Of a stretch of DNA of 64,000 nt, positions 52,401 through 61,400 are shown one piece after another (position 1 is the first letter of the stretch; each line of letters starts with the position of its first letter). The stretch is from NCBI GenBank assembly GCA_021108075.1, contig JAIORP010000206.1, positions 831 through 64,830 of the forward strand, written 5' to 3'. Source of the DNA: Candidatus Omnitrophota bacterium (GTDB taxonomy: Bacteria > Omnitrophota > Gorgyraeia > Zapsychrales > Zapsychraceae). Below the pieces are notes generated by a model. It saw nothing but the letters and a program-made list of their open reading frames with translations, made no database searches and had not been told where the DNA came from. Position numbers and translations under genes: made by a program.

Positions 52401-55400
52401 GGTTGTATGGACCCTGGCCGCGTTCGTGTAAACCGCTCTGGCTGTTTTTCTTAATTGATAACGGTTAATGTCTGCGGATAATTCATCTTGATCGTTTAAT
52501 GATTCGGCGATGATTTGTTGAAGATCTTCTATATATTTAACAATGTCTTGTGCCTGATATAAGAATGTTGTTAATCCGCTGTAACGGCCTTCGTCTGTTA
52601 AGTGGGCTTTATTGTTTTGAAGGGCGGCCTGGTATTGTCCGTCTGCGATAACAATCGGCGTTAACAGATCTTTTGTTTCCCAAACTGTTTTCTCATCTGT
52701 CACGGTCTTGGCAAATTCATAAGCTGTTTGCGGTAATCCGGCCAAGAGTTCTTCTCTGCTGATCTTAACCGGTGTGTTTCTCCAGATATGAATGACGGAC
52801 AGGATAACGCTTAAGCGGGCTTGAGGTGCCAGGCTCATCACCAATGAACGGGCCAGGCGGAAGTTGGCTGCTGGAATAGCGGACAGTCCGTGTGACGCGC
52901 CATAAGTTATCCGGATATGACCCAGCTTTGTATAAACAATCAAGCGCATCATTTCCTGGGCGATAAAGCTGATCGCTGCCTCATCCGTGAGGATGGCTGT
53001 ATCCGTCACCGTATGGCTAATGCCATGGATTTGACCCGCGCTGATCATATCGGCAAAGACGGCTTCAAACGTTGCCTTTGATCTGAACTGCTGTAATGGT
53101 GTTTGAATATAAATAACAGCCCGCGCGCCCTTAGCGCTCGTGCTTCGCGCCTGTTCATCCCTTAACATGGAACGATAATTGATCAGGTTGGCTTGCGTGT
53201 TTGATGAGGATTCTTCCAGGACGATGCCTTGATCAGGTGCCGCCATGTCATCTCGGTCACCCATCAAGCGCACGGATTGTTTAACTCGCTGAAGCATCAT
53301 GACGTCTTGAGATCTTTCCAGCAATTGAACAAGGATTTGACGGATGATTTCAGCCTCGCTCACGCGGATGATGTCGCGTGCCGTCACTCCAGCTTGAATG
53401 ACGTCACGTTTCAGTCCGGCCAGGTCTTCTTCTGTTCCAATCACGCGCGTGTCAGAGATGCGGATGGCAAATCTTTGGGCGACAGCCTTCTCTAATAACG
53501 GCATAGTTAAACGGCCATAACCACCCGTGATCACAATACGTCTTCCCACATCCAATCGGAATAGTCTTAACGCTTCCTTAAATGTTTCAATATCGTCATT
53601 ACCTAAAATAACAATATCATCAACGCGTGTTTCTCTCAGGGCTTGAACGCTCAAGTCGCGTCCTGATAATAAAGATCTCAGGGAACGGATAATTTGTCTT
53701 GTATCCGTTATTTTACGAACTGCTGAAACAGGAACGGTTTGAGCGTGTTGGGTTATTAATTCTGCTTTTGCGGCCCGCGCTTTATCTTTCTTCTTAAGCC
53801 ATCCGACGATCATGACCGCACCTGCAATCGCAGTTAAAACACCGCCTAAGAAGAGGATATCCATTAATGTGATCTTAACGCCCGCAATCCAAAGCGCTGT
53901 GAGACCAGCGAAACCGGAGGACTTTACTTTACTGCGGGATCGCATTAATAATCCTTGAACTAATGTTCTGGCTAATTGGAATGGGTGGCGAAGGATATTG
54001 GCCTGTCGGCTCTTAACAGCATTATAGTGATATCTGGAAATTTCTTCGGCTTCAGCCATAAGGAAGTCAGCCGTTGATCGTCTATTAACATGATTTATAA
54101 TTTCAACAGCATATTTCGTTTCAGAATTCAAAAGTATTCGACGTTGATTAATGGTTTTTCTTAAGGCCTTTATTTCAGCGGTGATCTGATCATTAATATC
54201 TTTGATCATCTGTCTTTTCTCTTCTAATGCTTTATCCGCTTCTTCTTTAGCTGCCATTGCGTCCAAATATATTTCAGGTAAAGTTGCCATATCTGCTTTT
54301 TGGGCCGCCGTATTGGATCGAATCTTCAAATTGATGACGTCCAGATTACTGTCAAAAACTTCTTCAGCTGTTTCCAGGGTCTTTTCTAATTTTGCTGTCT
54401 TAGCCCTGCTCTCGTTGACATCCTGCGCAATACGATCAAAAACGGTTTTATCTTGAATCGCTACCGCTCTTTCTTCCGCGTCCATTGTTCTGTTGGCAGA
54501 CATCCTTCGGATTAAGGCCTTGCGGTCTTTATATTTCTCTTTCTGTTCACTGCTGTACATTTCATTAACCATATCAAAGAGTACCAGAGCTGAGGCAACG
54601 GTATCGTTGTTATTCACATCTTGCAGCGCATTAGCCAGATCAGGCTCAATTAAGCCAAAAATGGCTGTTAGTGACAGTTCAACTTCTTCCAATAGTTTCG
54701 TGTTGAGTTCGTCAATCTGACCTGTTAAGGAAAGAATGATTTGAGATTGTTTTAAGTAGTCCAAGTAATGTCGGGCCGCTTTTCTGGCCTGCTGGGCCTT
54801 TTCAATACTGGCTTTCAAGTTTCTAATATCGCGGCGGATGCTTTCACTTCTATGTCTCAATCGGAACCATTGCGTTCCCAGTCTCTCATAAAGGGCGAAG
54901 CGTTGGATCTGTAAGTCCTCAACTCTCTCAGAAATCATTCTTCTCGCATGAGCTTTATTATACTGATCCATCTCTTTATAAATAAACCGGTTAATACCTT
55001 CTTCAATCGAATCGTAAACGGATTTTAAGGCCTGGCGGGATTTATTCGCTTTTTCTGCCGCATCCAATTCATTTGCCTCGAAAACAACCTTTAAGCGTTC
55101 GTAATAGTCTCGATACCTGTCCTTTAATGCAGCCTTCATACCGTCAGCGAAACCTTTAATGATATAATTTTGTCTTCGGATCAACTCATTCTTTTTAACG
55201 ATGTTAGCCTCGAATCTTGCTTCCGCCCTTGCTTGACCCGCCGGACTCTTCATACCCTTTGCTGCCTTGACATTTTCTTCTTCAATCGCAATTCTTAGCT
55301 CAACCTGATCAATCTCCGCCTGAAGCTGCGCGATATCATAACGCGCTTCGCGGAACAGTTCCCATACACCGTCAAGATTAAATAAGTATTCGACTATTTC

Positions 55401-58400
55401 TGTTGTCTTGTCGTGATCCAGATTAAATGCTTTCTGGACGTCTTCTTGATAGGCTTTGCTCAATTCTTTGAATAAGAACTCAATAACATTCGCCCGGCTA
55501 TATTGATTCAATGCGAGTAAAGCCTCCTTTTGGTATTCTGGAAGCCCGTCCATAAACACGACAACAGCTTGTTCTTTTAACCGGCTGACTTCTTCTTCTT
55601 TCGCGCTAACGCGTGCCTTCAAGTGTTGAACGTCTAATTGTAACCATGCCTTGAGTTGCGCGCCCTTTGTTTCGCCTTCAACTTCAACAGATCTTAATTC
55701 TCGCTCCCGCTTTGTCAATAATGTTTTAATCGCCTGCATTTCTTTGTCCCGCTTATACGCCAAAAGAAGGATGCTTTCATCAACAACATCCGCATATACC
55801 TGCGTCCATGTCTTGATAATACCGGCTTTAATTTTCTCTTCCCGTTCCTTTAATACTTGACCAATGAGATCATAAAGATTTAATAAGTGTCGGTCACGGA
55901 CGACTTTAAACATAAAGATAGCCAGGTTATCCTTGGCGACTGCCGGATCAGGATTCTTGTTTCCTAAAAGCTTCAATTTCATTTGCTTCAGGATCTCAGC
56001 ACTCTTATCCTGTTCTGTTTTAAAAGAATCTTTTCTTTCAACGATATCCTTTCTAAGATCTTCAAACATGGTTTTAATGGAATTAATTTTCACTAAGAAG
56101 CGCGCCAGGCGCATTCCTTTAAGATCAAAGCTCCTATCTATTAAACGTTCTGTTGTCCCTGTTCTTGAGTAGGAATGATCCATCGCGTCACGCAATTCAG
56201 ATGGCAATGTCTCGCGCATTTTTTCCGCACTCGTAATGCCGCGATCTATAATTTCTTGAACGGCTCCGGTCAACATGTCCTCAATAATTGCGCGAATATT
56301 TCCTTCACGGACAGACTTGATTTTCTCGAACAAAAATCGTCTTAAGGCTGCTTCATTTTTAAATCGGTACAGGTAACGGATCGATCTGTTTATATCTCTT
56401 AAGCGTGGGTCGGCTAATTGATTCATAAGATCTTGAGCGCCTTCATCCGCGATGGCTTGCATTTTAGTTTCAACATCTTCTAATGCTTTTTCCTCAGGAA
56501 GAGTTTGATAATAAGCGAACAATCGATTCGCTTCCGGTGTGGCTTCTTCTAATAAATCCGCCATGCGTCGGGCGATGTCTTCATCTTTCACGTCATCTTT
56601 TTCCTTTAAGATATCCCGGTATTTTTCCAACGCGTTATATTGGCCGCTTAAATCATCAATGATATCCATGCCATCAGCCATCTTGGCATAAACATTCAAG
56701 TCTCCGCTCACTGTCTTCAGGACAAGGTATTCGGTTAATCGTTTAATCGCTTCATGCTCATCATTATCGGCGATAAATAAAAGCGCGGATTTCATGCCTT
56801 CCGGAATATTCGACCAAACGGCATTAACTAACTTATTGATCTTACGCTGACCGAGGATCGCGACAACTTTATCTGTCGTTATTGGCGCTCTGTCATCCTT
56901 GTCGGTATCATTGTTAACAGCGTTATTGTCATGGCTATTATCATTATCATCTTCGTCCTTGTTTTTGTTCAATACCCTGCGAGCTTGGACCCTTAATGTC
57001 ACGATCGCTTTTTCACTGACAATCGGCTTGTCGAACGAATTATTTTGTGAACTGTATCGGACAATTGTTTCATAAATGTTATCGGATAAGACATCTTCGC
57101 GTTGAGCTTTATAAATATTATGGATCTGCATATAAAGCTCACGGTAAAGAATCCGGTCGATACGGCTGAAGATATATCGATACAGGTCACTGCGTTGGAT
57201 AAATCCTTCATCCATCTCCACGAAGGCGGATTGAACGACACCATTGACATCAATGACATTGTCTTTAACCATCTGAGCGAATGTCAGAGATACTTCATCA
57301 GCCTCCATTCCAAGGACTTCATGAATTTCATCGGCGGTCAGCACAACTTGTGAGACATTCATGATTCTTAAGGCTTGAAGCTGATCAACCGATAACAACT
57401 GCACAATCTCAGACATCCATGGCGTTAATGCCAGATGCAGGGCTGTCTTCGCATTCTTCAGGTTGATATTTATTCTGTCGATTTCAGCGTTAACTTCAAA
57501 TTCTTGTTCTTCATAGATGCGGAGATCTTCTTTCTCTTTTAATAAATTCACGCGTTGTTTTTGCAGGTTGATAACGAGTTGTAAGATCTTGCGTTCCTGG
57601 TCTGATAATAAGACATCCTCCACCTCTTGTTGAGCTGTTAGAATCGCCAATTTTTCTTTTACAGCATCCGGCAAGCTTGCTTCGTAGGCAGCAATCTTAG
57701 CTTCAAGATCCAATAAGGCCTGTTCGAGATCAAGGACTTTATCCTTTGACGCTTGAATATCTGTCAATTGTTCTTTTAACCTGTTGTGATCCTCTAAAAT
57801 CCTTAAATACTCCTGCCATTCGGTTGAAACATCTGTGCGCATATCGTCTATATGACGTTTCACATTAGCCAGAACTTCTTTCTCTTTCTCAGCATCGTGA
57901 CGCTTAATATCAACAGAAATCTTTTGATCCAAGAGGCGATCGATCACATATTTCATCCAGTCCTTCTCCGCTGTTTCTTCAAGGGCTTTAAGATCATCGT
58001 TTAATAACTTAACTTCCTCTTTTTCATCTTTCGTTTTCGCTTTTAGTGCTTTTTGTGAGTGTTGCGTCTTCAACCAAATCATTTCTTCTCTTTCCGCCCG
58101 TTTGGCCATCGGCGCGTGTGTAGCAACATATTCCTTGGCATCTCTATAGTTCCTTAATAATTCTTCAGCCTCACCGAATGAGATGGAAACTGTTCCTTCG
58201 TGATCCATGACTTTAACGAGGCCGCCATCGCTTAATCGGATGTATTGACCGACACGGCCGCGGGTGATATTGACCTCGCTGTCGGTTTTGGTTTCCTCTC
58301 CTTCGTGATCCATGACTTTAACGAGGCCGCGGGTGATATTGACCTCGCTGCCAGCTTTGGTTTCCTCCGTATGCTTGATGCCTGTGATGTATCCACCGAA

Positions 58401-61400
58401 GAATGTGCCGAAGACAATCATGGCGAGGTTGGCCAGGACCATTGATCCGATAAAGACAATACCGCTTAATGGCGAGAAGAGGACTAAGCCCATATTCACC
58501 AGCAACATCAAGAAGAAGTAACGGGTATTGTGCTTGTAATCGATGGTTGCCATACCGACTAAGAAACGCAATGTGAACAGGATGCTGTAAATGCTGAACA
58601 ACAGGATGCCCGCATAGATGTTGAAGTTGATGACCGCGAAGCCAACGATGATAGCCGCGGTAATCATGAAGACGAGGCTAACAAACAATCTGGTATGCAT
58701 CCATGGATATTTCACACGGTTCTTTTGAACTTTCATTCTCAAGGCTAAGCCGGTATAGAAGAGTGAATGACCGAACCAGGATTGGATGTAGCGGTCAAAG
58801 ACTTGCCAGAAGTAATCCAATGTTTGCGCGATTCTTAACGGTAACATGGTGAACACTCGTTTCATGCTGAAGTTAATGATGATATCCCGTTTAACGTTTT
58901 GACCGAAAATCTTCTTGGCTCGGTCAGGATTAACGTTGAAACCGAAAATGTTCTTGATGATGATCACCGCTTTAGCGAAGACATATATGAAGCCTGAAAG
59001 TTTGCCATTGCCTTTTTCGATGTCATCCTTCGTGAACGCGCCGTAAGTATCGTTACCTGTCAACATTGATATCGACGCGGTCAGGTATAAGATCAATGTG
59101 AGGAATCCAATAAAGTCCATAACACCAAAGGCAACCGCTATGCCGAAGATACCGAGAATACCGACAATGCCCGGTAATGGGAAGCCTCCTCTGTTGCGTT
59201 TACCCTTAAAGAATAACGATGTTTCTTTGTAACGCGTGATATTATCCCACATCTGCATCAAAGCGTCCTTATTCGTACGCAAGAACTCAAATTTTTCACC
59301 GGCGGCCAGGATCGTACCAATAGCAAAGTTGGAGATCAACTTAACGTAGAACGGCAGGCCGTAATAGATGTCTTTTAACAATAGTCCGAGGCCGACCCAG
59401 AAGTTACCTTCCTGTCTCCAGTGACGCAAAAGGTTGCTGAAGTTGATGGCCTTCATTAAGAAGATACTGAAGAAGGCAAAGAGCATATAAGGCGCCAAGA
59501 ATGACAGGCCGCTGAAGGCCGTTAATAATGGGAAGGTCACTAATGCTAATAATGCGTTCGGTGACAGGATGTAGTGGAAGTGCATAAACAAGTGAGAAAG
59601 CTTTTGATCGAAGCCGACTTCTTTGTTGTAGAAAACAGCGTGCTGACTGTTATCCATGATCAGGCGGACAACGTTGTAAGCATAACGTGTTTCTGTACCG
59701 ACTAATGATTCAGCTAATAAGTTTGGACGGCCCCATTCAAAACCATACCAATCAATATGCGTTGATACATAACGCGGCTGCGTGCGTTGATGCATCAAGT
59801 ACGCGGCTGAGTCTTCCCCTGGCGGTGTATAAACAGTCGTAAATGTATGGTAGAGTCCAAGACCTTTTCCATAGAACGTTGTATATTCTTTACGGCCACG
59901 TTGAACTTCGCTCGTCCATGATTCAACGGAGATCGCGTATGTCTTGGCACCTTTCCAGGTATCCGTGCTTGCGGCCCAGACGCGCATCATCGGATTGACA
60001 ACAGCAATGTGTGAATTACGCGCCTGTAATGTTGCCCATGCCGGACGCCAGACATTTTGACCAATGGAGGTGCGGACGTGGGCGTCGTAGTTGATCGATT
60101 TATCGAAGAAGAGCCATAAGTTGGTGGCCATACCACCATTCTTATTGTTCATGATCAGAACATCCTGCGTCACGTCATAGAGGGCAAAGCGGACGTCGTT
60201 CTTGTCTAAGGTTACAAGGTATTGCGCAATCTGGTCCGTGTCATCCCATCGCAGTCTGACTTCCTTGGCATCCTTGGTTAATCCGTGTTGTTGCGCGAAC
60301 AGGATAACCTTAATAATTTTTTGTTTACCTGTTAAACGTTCGCCTTCGACCAGAGAATTATGGTCAGACTCCCATTGACGTGCCCATTGCTTAATATCCA
60401 TGCCAGCGTATTTCGCTTTATCAACAGATTCAAATGCTAAAATCTGGTCAATGTAGCGGACGATTTCTTTGGCGGTTGGGTCTGTCTTGAATCGGCTTTC
60501 TTCTCTTAAGGCCACGCGGATCTTGCCTAATACTTTCTTACCGTCTTCGAGCTTACCTAAGTTTTTAATGGTCTTATCAGCCTCAAACGCGTTTGTGCGC
60601 CATATTGGTTCCATGTGAAGAATGTTGCGGACCTTGGAGTTAACAACTGCTTTGTACTCAGGATATTTCTTTATAAAGGTGTCCTGGACTAACTTCACTG
60701 TGTCTTCTACGTTTCCGATTTCTTGCGCTAATTTTTCATACGCTTCAGCCTGCATTTCCGGTGTTTCTTCGAGGAAGAATTTATAGGCCTCTTCGAGTGA
60801 AACAAACCGGCGGCTGACAATTATGGCCCGTGCGATACGGTTAAATTTATAATCACCCAGTTCTTTGGCGAGCATCAGGAAGTATTCAAACTTGTCGGTT
60901 GACATGGACTCGGCAACCGGACCGTGTGTTGGGCGTTGTTCATTTAAGAATCGTAACGCGATTTCTTCAACCCTTTCTTTTTCTTCGTTCGTGATACCTT
61001 CCGTGAAATAGAAGTCTTCAACAATTTGATCATCTTCTGTCACATTTCTTAATTTATCCAAGAAACCCTGGACATCCGAACTTTTTCTTCGTTCTGCCGT
61101 GAAGACCTCTTCAATTTGTTCCATCGCGTTCGCCCATTCGGTATCTTTATGGCGGTTGGCGTTATAACCGAAGAGTGTTGTCTCTGCACCCGTACCCTTA
61201 TTCTTGTCGAAGATGCCTTTGAACATGGAGTTGAAGACCGTGTTACTAAAAATTTCCCAGGCGGCCTGTGTATGTGACGATGTTGCTTCAATTAAAGCGA
61301 TCACATCCGTTGTTGGTTTTCTCTGGCTGAGGCCGAAGAAGACGTCATAAAGAACTTCCTGGCCCTTGACACTGTGTTGTGGTTTAACGAACTCACCACC

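Noticed and set aside
60030-60070. GQNVWRPAW resembling the QxxRW motif of processive GT2 glycosyltransferases.
   Set aside because: The spacing is Q-x-x-W-R, not Q-x-x-R-W, and no accompanying D/DxD motifs were verified. It is kept only as a weak hint in the membrane-core finding.
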